Part shown: positions 18,673 through 27,860 of the stretch, piece by piece
Layout: each line of letters opens with the position of its first letter
How positions within the stretch are numbered: the first letter of the stretch is position 1
Origin: an uncultured cyanobacterium
GTDB taxonomy: Bacteria; Cyanobacteriota; Cyanobacteriia; Cyanobacteriales; CAWCAG01
Direction: 5' to 3'
DNA length: 64,000 bases
Assembly (NCBI GenBank): GCA_963803805.1
Contig: CAWDOD010000002.1
Location: forward strand, 1,312,001 to 1,376,000
Translations under genes and position numbers: made by a program
The notes under the pieces: generated by a model
What the model was told of the DNA's origin: nothing
The model's input: only the letters and a program-made list of their open reading frames with translations
Database searches by the model: none

Positions 18673-19539
18673 ATGTGGAACGAAATTGCTGAGCATATTT
18701 CCCAAGTTACAGGGGAAGCATTTACTATTAATAATCAGCACTCTGTTAGTGGAGGCTGTATCAATCAGGGTTATGCTATCGAGGGTGATAATCGTAGTTA
18801 CTTCGTCAAGCTTAACCAAGCTTCCCAAATAGAAATGTTTGCGGCGGAAGCTTTGGGCTTAAAACAAATGTACGCAACTAAGACGATCCGCATTCCTCAA
18901 CCAATTTGCTGGGGTAGTACAGGCTCTTCTGCATATATAGTTATGGAATGGCTGGATCTTAGTCGCGGTGGCAGCAATGAAGCTTGGCAAGCAATGGGTC
19001 AACAATTAGCCCAAATGCACCAGGTTGGTAAAGCAGATAAGTTTGGCTGGCAACGCAACAATACTATCGGTTCTACCCCTCAAATTAATACCTGGGGCGA
19101 GAATTGGGCCGAGTTTTTTGCTAAACACCGCATTGGTTATCAATTGCAGTTGGCAAACAGGCGAGGTGGTAACTTCCCTAAGCAAGAACGAGTAATCGCA
19201 GCAGTAAGAGAATGCTTAGCCAACTTGCAACCCCAGCCTTCTTTAGTACATGGGGATTTGTGGTCAGGAAATGCTGCTGTAACGAACTCCGGGGAACCTG
19301 TTATTTTAGATCCGGCTACTTACTACGGCGATCGCGAAGTTGATATTGCCATGACAGAATTATTTGGTGGTTTTCCTAGAGCTTTTTATCAAGGTTATGA
19401 CCAGGAGTGGCCCCTTGATTCTGGCTATCCCGCCCGCAAAAGCCTCTATAACCTCTATCACGTCCTTAATCATTTTAATCTTTTCGGTGGTAGCTATGGT
19501 TCCCAAGCTAATCGCATCATCAAGGAAGTTCTGGGATAA
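18673..19539 (+). CDS. Fructosamine kinase family protein
   Basis: VSGGCIN, FGWQRNNTIG, LVHGDLWSGN, DPATYYGDREVDIAM, LYHVLNHFNLFG. Confidence 0.92.
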   Translation: MWNEIAEHISQVTGEAFTINNQHSVSGGCINQGYAIEGDNRSYFVKLNQASQIEMFAAEALGLKQMYATKTIRIPQPICWGSTGSSAYIVMEWLDLSRGGSNEAWQAMGQQLAQMHQVGKADKFGWQRNNTIGSTPQINTWGENWAEFFAKHRIGYQLQLANRRGGNFPKQERVIAAVRECLANLQPQPSLVHGDLWSGNAAVTNSGEPVILDPATYYGDREVDIAMTELFGGFPRAFYQGYDQEWPLDSGYPARKSLYNLYHVLNHFNLFGGSYGSQANRIIKEVLG

Positions 19540-19733
19540 GCACTTAAGTAATAACTTGCAGGTAAACTATAATTAGTCTACAATTACTTAAAGATAAAAT
19601 AAAGATGCGATCGCAATCACCAGGTTGTGTGTATCTGTGACACTTAGGTTAAGTACTTACTATCACTACTTTTTTTAACCAAGTGAGAGATATTGAACAT
19701 AGTTTCTTAAGAAACCTCAACCTAATCAAGATT

Positions 19734-19952
19734 ATGCTCCCTTACGTTCAACTTATTCCCGGCTCTATTTCAGAAATTCTTGTTTCTGCTAACGAAACAG
19801 GTACAATCACCTTAGCCGACCGCTACGGGCTTATGGCCGCTTCTTTAGATGATTCTTTAGAAGAAGATGAAAGGCGCTCAGTTAATCGTCTACTGCGGGC
19901 TGTTATGAGAGGCAAAATTAAAGTTTCTCAAGAATTATCTGCTACAGAATAG
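19734..19952 (+). CDS. Small hypothetical protein (cyanobacterial type)
   Basis: ITLADRYGLMAA...EDERRSVNRLLRAV motif. Confidence 0.7.
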   Translation: MLPYVQLIPGSISEILVSANETGTITLADRYGLMAASLDDSLEEDERRSVNRLLRAVMRGKIKVSQELSATE

Positions 19953-19969
19953 TTAATAATTGATAATTG

Positions 19970-19997
19970 ATGCCAAACGGCAACGGCAAGCCGTAAA
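19970..19997 (+). repeat. 28-bp short dispersed element, C-subtype
   Basis: ATGCCAAACGGCAACGGCAAGCCGTAAA embedded in TTGATAA heptamers. Confidence 0.8.
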
Positions 19998-20009
19998 TTG
20001 ATAAGTGAT

Positions 20010-20681
20010 TCAATTTTGTCGGCTAAAAAATCTATCTAGAATTTCTGATTGTTGAGTTGTATTTAACTGAGGAGCATTTTCGCGGACTGTTAAGTCATCT
20101 TGATTGGGTTTGTTTCTAACAAAAACTAAAGTATCAGTTCGATCTTCTAATGATTTCTCTTCGAGTAAATTAACTTCCCCTAATTTTTCTCGAACACCAA
20201 CCGGAACATTTTCAATTATTTTAACAGTTTGACAGAGGAAGAATGGGAAAATCAGACTGCCAACACGAATCAAGTCGCCATCTTGTAGTAAAGTCGCTTC
20301 TTTAATTGGTTTGTGGTTAACAAAAGTACCGTTGGTACTATCAAGATCCCTGAGATAAAAACCTTTGTTTTCGATGTATTGAATCACTCCATGATAGCGA
20401 GATAAAAGTTTATCTTGAATCGATAAAGCTGCATGGCAACCACGACCAATTGTCCAAATGTTTTGAGCCTGAAACAAGCTTTGAGTTTTACAATTTAAAA
20501 GGTTGGCAATTAAATAAACTTGACTACCTTGGGCTATGCCAACAACATACTGAGTTTTGATGCTATCTAAACTTTGTTCGTTACTATGTTCCAATTGTAA
20601 AATATCATCGAGCAATTCACGATTATTCTCGTAAAGCTTCAGAAAGAGCTGATAAAGAGTCAGTCTTTGTTCCAATTCCAT
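20010..20681 (-). CDS. FHA domain protein
   Basis: WTIGRG, LSRYHG, DLDSTNGTFVN, DGDLIRVG. Confidence 0.9.
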   Translation of the reverse strand: MELEQRLTLYQLFLKLYENNRELLDDILQLEHSNEQSLDSIKTQYVVGIAQGSQVYLIANLLNCKTQSLFQAQNIWTIGRGCHAALSIQDKLLSRYHGVIQYIENKGFYLRDLDSTNGTFVNHKPIKEATLLQDGDLIRVGSLIFPFFLCQTVKIIENVPVGVREKLGEVNLLEEKSLEDRTDTLVFVRNKPNQDDLTVRENAPQLNTTQQSEILDRFFSRQN

Positions 20682-20828
20682 AATTTTGGGAAAAATAGAA
20701 GGTGGTAGATGTAATTCGGGCTATGATTTCAATTACCAACGTTACATATTAGCACCAAGATTATTAATAGCAAGTTGATTTGCCAAGCAAAATCATACTT
20801 TTGGTTGAAAAATGTTGAGGCATTCCCC

Positions 20829-21125
20829 TTATTTGCCCTCAACTTTTTGCTCCCATCGAAATAACCAAACCATTAAAGCAATAATACCTAGTTGTAAAGC
20901 TAAATTAGGTAAAGCCGTGCTAACATCTCTGCCGGCAGCAACTTGAGCAAAAAAGATGAAAGCACCAATGAATCCTGAAGCGCCAAAGGTGACATAAATC
21001 GTTTTCCTTAATCCTCGATAAGGAGCCTTAGCTTCTGCCCTCAATTTAGCATATTTTTCCGGACTTAAAGGTTCTTTGCGGCGGCGTTTTTTGCCCTGAT
21101 TTGGGTTAGACTTTGAGTTAACCAT
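20829..21125 (-). CDS. DUF3493 family membrane protein
   Basis: LRAEAKAPYRGLR..Y..FGASG motif and two TM helices. Confidence 0.75.
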   Translation of the reverse strand: MVNSKSNPNQGKKRRRKEPLSPEKYAKLRAEAKAPYRGLRKTIYVTFGASGFIGAFIFFAQVAAGRDVSTALPNLALQLGIIALMVWLFRWEQKVEGK

Positions 21126-21260
21126 CGGCGATTTCTGATTGGAGTAATTCAATAGGCGACTACATCAAGATTGCAAAGTGCAGTTCGCCTCTACACTTTA
21201 CCAAATTTGGCCATTGGTGGGGTGTAAGCAATGACTAGATAAAATGACTATGACAACTTT

Positions 21261-22565
21261 ATGAAAACCTCAACTTTAAGTACTGCGATCGCAGCAGCAA
21301 TTGTTTGTTATGCTAGCCCAGCCTTCAGTAGCAACCCTGAGCATTTGCAGAGGTTATTAGAAACTAATCAATGTCCTCAATGTGACCTATCTGGGGCTGA
21401 TTTAGGGGAAGCGAACTTATTTGGGGCAAATTTAGTTAATGCTAACTTAGCAGGAGCAAATCTGGCTAAGGCAAATTTAGGAGAAGCAGATTTTACCGAT
21501 GCTAACCTAACTGGGGCAAAACTCAACCAAGCTTATTTACGAGGAGCAATTTTGGATGATGCCAATTTGAGTGATGCTGATCTTACTAATGCTTACCTGC
21601 GAGACGCTTCATTAACAGAAGTTGAAATCAACAACGCTACTCTTCAAGGAGTTAATCTTAGCCGTACTAATTTGAGTGGTATTGATTTACAAGGAGTCAA
21701 TTTAAGCAATGCTAACCTCAAACATACTATCTTTAGTGGTTTCACTCTTGGTAACTTAACTACCTCAAATCCTTCTTCGGGTTTTGCTGCTTTTTTTCCT
21801 CAACTTTTTTATGGTTCTTTATGTAATGAAAGTTTTGGTAGTTCTGATCTTGTAGATGAGGAATTAGAACAATTAGGCTTTACTCTTGGCAATTTAAAAG
21901 ATGCTAATCTTAGTGGCGCAAACCTTAGTAACGCTATATTAATAGGAGCAAATTTAAGCAATGCTAATCTTAGCAATGCTAATTTAAGAAATACTTGTTT
22001 AGCTCAAGCTTCCCTCAAAAATGCTAATCTCGATAACGCTAATCTCCAAGGCGCACAATTAAATTTAGCCATAGTAGAAAGGGCTAGTTTCCGGGGTGCA
22101 GAAGGGGTTAATTTAGAAGGAACCTACGCCACTGAAAGGGCAGCTTTTTTAGCACCTAAACAATCCCAAGCTCTTTCTTATGTAGGAAGTATGAATAGAG
22201 CGCAACAAGCTTATCAATTAGAAGAAGGAAAATTCACAACCGTTTTTGCAGAAATGGGTCTTGGTTTCGGCCTAGAAGACGAATTTTATCGTTACCAAAT
22301 TGTACCTCAAGGAGACAATACTCAAAGCGTAAAACTTGTTGCCCAAGCAAAAGAAGCAGGATTAAAAAGTTTCACCGGGGCAGTATTTGTGGTTCCTTTT
22401 GAAGAAAATCCTGATACTGAATATACAACAGTAACAATCATCTGTGAAAGCAATAGCCCTTCTAAAACTCCTCCTTCTATGCCAGAAACTCCGAAAAATA
22501 TTGAGGCGGAAATTACTTGCCCTGTTGGTTCTAGTCCTATTGTAGGTTATAGTTATTATCCCTAA
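21261..22565 (+). CDS. Secreted pentapeptide-repeat protein with C-terminal pilin-like G/H domain
   Basis: Signal peptide, LLETNQCPQCDL cap, A(N/D)Lxx repeats, then QSQALSYVGSMNRAQQAY...LKSFTGAV...IICES. Confidence 0.85.
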   Translation: MKTSTLSTAIAAAIVCYASPAFSSNPEHLQRLLETNQCPQCDLSGADLGEANLFGANLVNANLAGANLAKANLGEADFTDANLTGAKLNQAYLRGAILDDANLSDADLTNAYLRDASLTEVEINNATLQGVNLSRTNLSGIDLQGVNLSNANLKHTIFSGFTLGNLTTSNPSSGFAAFFPQLFYGSLCNESFGSSDLVDEELEQLGFTLGNLKDANLSGANLSNAILIGANLSNANLSNANLRNTCLAQASLKNANLDNANLQGAQLNLAIVERASFRGAEGVNLEGTYATERAAFLAPKQSQALSYVGSMNRAQQAYQLEEGKFTTVFAEMGLGFGLEDEFYRYQIVPQGDNTQSVKLVAQAKEAGLKSFTGAVFVVPFEENPDTEYTTVTIICESNSPSKTPPSMPETPKNIEAEITCPVGSSPIVGYSYYP

Positions 22566-23071
22566 AGGAAGCTTTGTAAAATCAATCGAAAATCTTCTTT
22601 AATTTGAGAAGCATTTTCTTCAGTTAAAAGAGGGACATGAACAAAAATAGCCGGACAGTTAAATTGACGTATTTTTAAATGCTGCAAAACATTATAGTAA
22701 AGTCCTTCGCAAACAAACTTGCCTGCATCTTGGCTAATTTCTGTATAGGTTAATTTAGTAACTAAAGCTTCTAAATCTACAGAAGTAGACAATAACTTTT
22801 CGCCACAACTAGCACCCGATTCTATAGTTAATTGAGGGCGCGATTCTGCCATGCCACAACAAATTACTACATTAGGACGTATTTCTTCAATTTTGTTGAT
22901 AGTTAAAATGCTAGCTTGAGGAGTATCAACAGGAAGCTTTCTTAACCAAAAAAAAGAAGTATTATCTACAAATTTCTTTTGAAATATCTCTAATAAATCA
23001 TCGGAAGTATTAGACTTTTGGTGAGGCAACCAAGTTTGAAAAGAAGTTAAGAGGATTTTGTTATTAAGCAT
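22562..23071 (-). CDS. pcp: Pyroglutamyl-peptidase I (C15)
   Basis: ILLTSF, ISQDAGKFVCE, IFVHVP. Confidence 0.85.
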   Translation of the reverse strand: MLNNKILLTSFQTWLPHQKSNTSDDLLEIFQKKFVDNTSFFWLRKLPVDTPQASILTINKIEEIRPNVVICCGMAESRPQLTIESGASCGEKLLSTSVDLEALVTKLTYTEISQDAGKFVCEGLYYNVLQHLKIRQFNCPAIFVHVPLLTEENASQIKEDFRLILQSFL

Positions 23072-23134
23072 TTAATCATTAAGCATTTATCATTTATCAT
23101 TTATCAGTGGTACTAGCCAAATAGGGGGATTTTT

Positions 23135-23758
23135 ATGTCAGCGATCGCAGTTATTGATTATGATATGGGGAATATGCACTCTGCTTGTAAAGGTTTAGAA
23201 AAAGCCGGGGCAACAACTAAAATAACTGACTCTGCTGCGGATCTTGAAAAAGCAGATGCCATTGTTTTACCTGGAGTAGGTGCTTTTGATCCGGCGATGC
23301 AACATTTGAGAAGCCGAGATTTAATTAGTCCCCTCAAAGATGGAATTGCCTCCGGTAAACCTTTTTTGGGGATTTGTTTAGGTTTACAAATTCTTTTTGA
23401 TGGTTCTGAAGAAGGTACAGAAGCAGGTTTAGGTATTATTAAAGGAACTGTTCGCCGCTTTCGTTCTGAACCAGGAATTACTATTCCTCACATGGGTTGG
23501 AACCAGTTAGAATTTAGTCAACCGGATCTTACTCTCTGGCAAAATTTAGGGGTTAACCCATATGTTTATTTTGACCATTCCTATTATGTTGATCCTCTAG
23601 ATATTAAAGTAAAAGCAGCTACTGTTACCCATGGTTCTCAACAGGTAACTGCTGTAATCGCCAAAGATAACGTATTAGCAGTGCAATTTCATCCAGAAAA
23701 GTCTTCTACTGCGGGGCTGAAGCTTTTGTCTAATTTCGTATCATCAATTGATAACTGA
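23135..23758 (+). CDS. hisH: Imidazole glycerol phosphate synthase glutaminase subunit
   Basis: LPGVGAF, LGICLGLQ, PHMGWN, QFHPEKS. Confidence 0.96.
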   Translation: MSAIAVIDYDMGNMHSACKGLEKAGATTKITDSAADLEKADAIVLPGVGAFDPAMQHLRSRDLISPLKDGIASGKPFLGICLGLQILFDGSEEGTEAGLGIIKGTVRRFRSEPGITIPHMGWNQLEFSQPDLTLWQNLGVNPYVYFDHSYYVDPLDIKVKAATVTHGSQQVTAVIAKDNVLAVQFHPEKSSTAGLKLLSNFVSSIDN

Positions 23759-24318
23759 TGGCTGTGAGAATATACGGAAACAGACAACTAAAAACTTTGC
23801 CTGGGCAAGAAACTCGCCCTACTTCTGCTAGGGTGCGAGAAGCTTTATTCAATATTTGGCAAGGTAGGATAGCCCATTGTCGTTGGTTAGACTTATGTAG
23901 CGGTAGTGGGGCAATGGGGGCAGAAGCTTTGTGTCGAGAAGCAAGTTATGTAATCGGCATTGAACAGTCTGGGGCTGCTTGCAGTATTATTAAGCAAAAT
24001 TGGCAACAAGTAGCTCAACCTGAACAAAAGTTCCGAGTTTTGCGGGGAGATGTGGTATTGAAGTTAAAGACTTTAGCAAAACAGCAGTTTGATTACATCT
24101 ACTTCGATCCTCCCTATGCTAGCAGTTTATATCAACCAGTCTTAGAAGCGATCGCCAATTATAACTTACTAAACCCTGATGGAGAAATTGCCGTAGAACA
24201 CAACCCAAAATTCTGGACAGCTACACCAATAACCAATCTCACCATCTCCCGCCAAAAAACCTACGGTAAAACCAATCTAACTTTCTACCATCTCAAAGAA
24301 CAGATCAATGAGCAATGA
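23758..24318 (+). CDS. rsmD: 16S rRNA m2G966 methyltransferase
   Basis: TRPTSARVREALFNI, LDLCSGSG, FDPPY, YGKT; 1-nt TGATG overlap with hisH. Confidence 0.93.
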   Translation: MAVRIYGNRQLKTLPGQETRPTSARVREALFNIWQGRIAHCRWLDLCSGSGAMGAEALCREASYVIGIEQSGAACSIIKQNWQQVAQPEQKFRVLRGDVVLKLKTLAKQQFDYIYFDPPYASSLYQPVLEAIANYNLLNPDGEIAVEHNPKFWTATPITNLTISRQKTYGKTNLTFYHLKEQINEQ

Positions 24319-24345
24319 TGCTCAACGGCAACAGCAAGCCGCACA
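24318..24345 (+). repeat. 28-bp short dispersed element, C-subtype (left member of inverted pair)
   Basis: ATGCTCAACGGCAACAGCAAGCCGCACA. Confidence 0.7.
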
Positions 24346-24360
24346 CTGCTCATTGATCAT

Positions 24361-24386
24361 TATAGGGCTTGCCCTTGTCGTAGACA
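24361..24386 (-). repeat. Short dispersed element, G-subtype (right member of inverted pair)
   Basis: TATAGGGCTTGCCCTTGTCGTAGACA, similar to 41941-41967. Confidence 0.6.
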
Positions 24387-24400
24387 CCATTGATAACTGA

Positions 24401-24517
24401 TTAATCAATGCCCAGATCGTTACCGCGTTTGTACTGCATATAAGCAGCAAAAAACAAACCTGCGAGAGTGACGGGTACTAAACCAAGAACCATGCCTAGT
24501 AACATCGGTTCAATCAT
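24401..24517 (-). CDS. petG: Cytochrome b6f complex subunit V
   Basis: Manual translation [43 protein letters not shown] upstream. Confidence 0.96.
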   Translation of the reverse strand: MIEPMLLGMVLGLVPVTLAGLFFAAYMQYKRGNDLGID

Positions 24518-24754
24518 TCTATTGCTCCTTTGTCATACTTGTTTACTGATTTCTTATCGTACTCGACAAGGGAGATTTCGCCTATAACTTCACAAGCATA
24601 AAACAATTTCCCTTGCTTCCTTCCTCTATAAATTTTAAGCTATGTTTAGGAATCGAAATATTTAGAGAAGTTCTGTCACCCAGATTGCTTTTTTAATATA
24701 CTGATTATCTATGTCAACTTAATAGCCTTAATTTTTAAACTTGCCCCTTGTTAT

Positions 24755-25132
24755 GTGTCAGTGAACAATGAAGTTACTCAAGAAACAATACCGATACAGC
24801 GAATTGTTTGGTTCGCTGTAGCAATTCTGTTGTTTATATTAGTCAGTATTTTTGCTTTCCAAATTCGTACAGCAGATCCTTATATTCAACAAGTATTAGC
24901 CATTCAAGGCAATACAGCCAAAGGTCATGCTATTTTCCAAACAAACTGTGCCGCTTGCCACGGAAGTAATGGTGATGGTCATGTTGGCCCCAGTTTACAC
25001 CATGTACCGAAGCGTAAGTCCAAATCTAGTTTAATACACCAAGTCGTTAGCGGCGAGACTCCACCCATGCCCAAGTTCCAACCCAATCCCCAAGAAATGG
25101 CAGATTTGTTGAGTTATTTGGAAAAGTTTTAA
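24755..25132 (+). CDS. cytM: Cytochrome cM
   Basis: N-terminal TM, CAACH, GPSL, GETPPMPKFQP; divergent from petG. Confidence 0.88.
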   Translation: MSVNNEVTQETIPIQRIVWFAVAILLFILVSIFAFQIRTADPYIQQVLAIQGNTAKGHAIFQTNCAACHGSNGDGHVGPSLHHVPKRKSKSSLIHQVVSGETPPMPKFQPNPQEMADLLSYLEKF

Positions 25133-25154
25133 GTTTTTTAAACTATACAAAATT

Positions 25155-26441
25155 TTGAAATTAATGAAGCAAAAGAAATTTAAAAAACTAGCCTATGTTG
25201 TTTCTTTATTTCTCATTGCAATTCAGTTAACCTTACTACTTATTTTAGCTCAAAATTGGCCAGTAACCCTAAATCTTTTAGTACAAGACTCTTCTATTCC
25301 CTACCAAGAATTCATTCAAGCTTTTGAGGCTGAATATCCGCATATTCATATTAAACTCATCGTTGCTTCGGGGCAAAGCAACGCCATTGCCATCACCGAT
25401 GACATAGAAGCTAGTTATCGTAACGTCTTTAGAACTAGCAATGGTTCTCCTTTTGATTTAATTTATTTAGATATTATTTTAGTAGAAGAATTTGCTCAAA
25501 AAGGTTGGCTACAAGATATCAACAGTCTCTCTTCCCCTCGCCAACTAGAACAGTTTCAAAAAAACTTCCGCCTCCTCGATTGGCAAGGAGGAACCTATCA
25601 AAATAAACAGTATCGCATTCCTTTCTTTTCTGGAGTAGGTATGCTTTTCTACCGAGAAGATTTGTTAGCTGGCAAAAAAGTTCCTCAAACCTTTAGTGAA
25701 CTACTAACTGTCGCCCAAGAAGTACAAAATCCTCAAGCTGGTTTATGGGGCTACAGTTGGCAAGGAAAACAGTACGAAGGGTTGGTAGCAATGTTTGTTG
25801 AAATTCTCAAAGGTTATGGCGGTTTTTGGCTTAACTCTGAAACTAAGGAAGTAGGGTTAGATCAACAAGCGGCATTAAAAGCCGCGCAGTTTTTACGGCA
25901 ATTAAAGCAAGTTTCGCCACCAGATATTACCACTTACGATGAGAGTAAGTCCTTACAAACATTTCTGCAAGGAAAAGCTGTTTTCTTACGTAATTGGCCC
26001 TATGCTTTAAAAGAAATAGATGCTTCGATTTATAAAGGTAAAGTGAAAGTAATGCCTTTAGTAACTCAAACTGGACAAAATAGGGCAGGCTGTCTCGGTG
26101 GTTGGGGATTTGGTATTGCTAAAAATAGTAAACATCCCCAGGAAGCATGACAAGCAATTCAATTTTTCACCAAAGAAAGTAACCAAAGAAAACTGTTTAT
26201 TGAAACAGGATTTATACCCAGCTATCAAAATCTTAATGTGGGGAGACTAGCCCAAGAAAACTTAAATACTCTAGAAAAAATAGCTACTAATGCTGTTACT
26301 CGCCCTCAAATTCCTGAATATAAGCAAGCGAGCAAAATTCTACAAGATTATCTCTATAAATTATTAACTAGCGAAGAAACTATTGCTAAACTAATGAATG
26401 ATGCAGCAAAAGAAACTCGCGAGTTATTAGGATATGGCTAA
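25155..26441 (+). pseudogene. Sugar ABC transporter substrate-binding protein interrupted by one in-frame TGA
   Basis: WQGKQYEGL, FLRNWPY, LGGWGFGI motifs; frame continues past TGA 26148-26150 (KHPQEA*QAIQFFT...RPQIPEYKQASKILQDYL) to TAA at 26441. Confidence 0.85.
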
Positions 26442-26528
26442 TTGATGGGAGTAAAAAAAGTTTATTAGCTTTAATTTTTTTAATTCGTAAGTAATAGGTG
26501 AAGTTGGTTTTAGCTCAATGATAAATAT

Positions 26529-26954
26529 TTAGCGATCGCCGATTTCTGCTAATTCTCGGCCGCCAAAAATCGCTTCATAATGGCGATAGAATTTAAACTC
26601 TAGTAAGTTGTGAAAAGGATCTGCTAAAAAGAAAGTTCTGTGTTCTGTTAGTTGTCCAGGAAAACGATGTTTTGCAGCTTGATAAAACTTTAGATCCATT
26701 TCCTGCGCCTTAGCAAGAAGATTTTCCCAATCTGTTTCTTGAGGGAAAATCAAACCAAAATGGCGGGGATAAACACCTTTTTGTGGTTGCAATGGTTCTT
26801 TCGTCATATGGGCTACTACCTGATGCCCATAAAAATTAAATATTACAGCATGGATACTTTCGCGGCCGATTTCACAACCTAAACAATCAGCATAGAAAGC
26901 TTTTGCTTTAGCAAGATCATTAATGGGAATAGCTAGGTGAAAAATAGCTGTCAT
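26529..26954 (-). CDS. VOC/glyoxalase family protein
   Basis: FHLAIP, FNFYGHQVVAH, PRHFG, DPFHNLLEFK. Confidence 0.88.
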   Translation of the reverse strand: MTAIFHLAIPINDLAKAKAFYADCLGCEIGRESIHAVIFNFYGHQVVAHMTKEPLQPQKGVYPRHFGLIFPQETDWENLLAKAQEMDLKFYQAAKHRFPGQLTEHRTFFLADPFHNLLEFKFYRHYEAIFGGRELAEIGDR

Positions 26955-27012
26955 AGGGACAATTTAGTTTAGGATTATTTACAAGCAGCCAAATTATAAC
27001 AACAAATTTTAT

Positions 27013-27041
27013 TGTAGGGGTGATCTTCCCTTTGCCCTACA
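27013..27041. repeat. REP-like palindrome with GTAG ends
   Basis: TGTAGGGG...GCCCTACA inverted ends. Confidence 0.45.
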
Positions 27042-27048
27042 TTTTGAT

Positions 27049-27819
27049 ATGAATACAATCTTAGAACAAATTGCTTCTGTTAATCCTTGGTTAATAGGCA
27101 TAGGTTTAAATACCTTCTTATTAGCCATAGCTTGGCTACTACCAAAAAAACTACTTACCCCTGGGGGCTATTTTAATGCTTGGTTATTAGGAGTTTTGGT
27201 TTGGGGAAGTTTGGGTTGGCGAGGTTACAGCGTAGTTATGTTCTATTTCTTGGTAGGTTCTGCTGTTACTCGCATTGGTAAAGCCCAAAAAGAAGCCCAA
27301 GGCATAGCGGAAAAGCGTTCGGGAATGCGGGGACCAGAAAATGTTTGGGGTTCGGCTTTGGTTGGGGCAGTTTGCGGAATCGCAACTTTATTTGTTCCCT
27401 CCCCTGGGAAAGAGTTATTGATTTTAGCTTATGTAGCTAGTTTTTGCACAAAACTCTCTGATACAACCGCCAGCGAAGTAGGCAAAGCTTATGGCAAGCG
27501 CACTTTCTTAATTACCACTTTACAACCTGTCCCTAGGGGAACAGAAGGGGCAGTTAGTTTAGAAGGTACTGTAGCCGGAGTGGTTGCTTCTGCTGTAATT
27601 GCCGTTGTGAGTTGGGCTATTGGTTTAATGACTCCTTTGGGCATTATTTTGTGTATCATTGCCGCATTTGTAGCCACTAACTTAGAAAGTTTAATTGGGG
27701 CAACTTTACAGAATAAATTCTCTTGGTTAACCAATGAAGTAGTTAATATTATCAATACTTTTATTGGTGCGGTTGTAGCTGTTTTGCTAGCTTGGTTGAC
27801 GTTGGGATTTGGCAACTGA
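27049..27819 (+). CDS. DUF92/TIGR00297 membrane protein (VTE6/TMEM19-like)
   Basis: GMRGPENVWGS, TKLSDTTASEVG, GTEGAVSLEG, ESLIGA, NEVVN. Confidence 0.88.
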   Translation: MNTILEQIASVNPWLIGIGLNTFLLAIAWLLPKKLLTPGGYFNAWLLGVLVWGSLGWRGYSVVMFYFLVGSAVTRIGKAQKEAQGIAEKRSGMRGPENVWGSALVGAVCGIATLFVPSPGKELLILAYVASFCTKLSDTTASEVGKAYGKRTFLITTLQPVPRGTEGAVSLEGTVAGVVASAVIAVVSWAIGLMTPLGIILCIIAAFVATNLESLIGATLQNKFSWLTNEVVNIINTFIGAVVAVLLAWLTLGFGN

Positions 27820-27860
27820 TAAGCAATAATTAATGAATCACGACTTCTGCTCACAAAATA

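Noticed and set aside
19628-19644. TGTGTATCTGTGACACT palindrome as a CRP site
   Set aside because: Half-sites and spacing deviate from TGTGA-N6-TCACA; cannot support a call.
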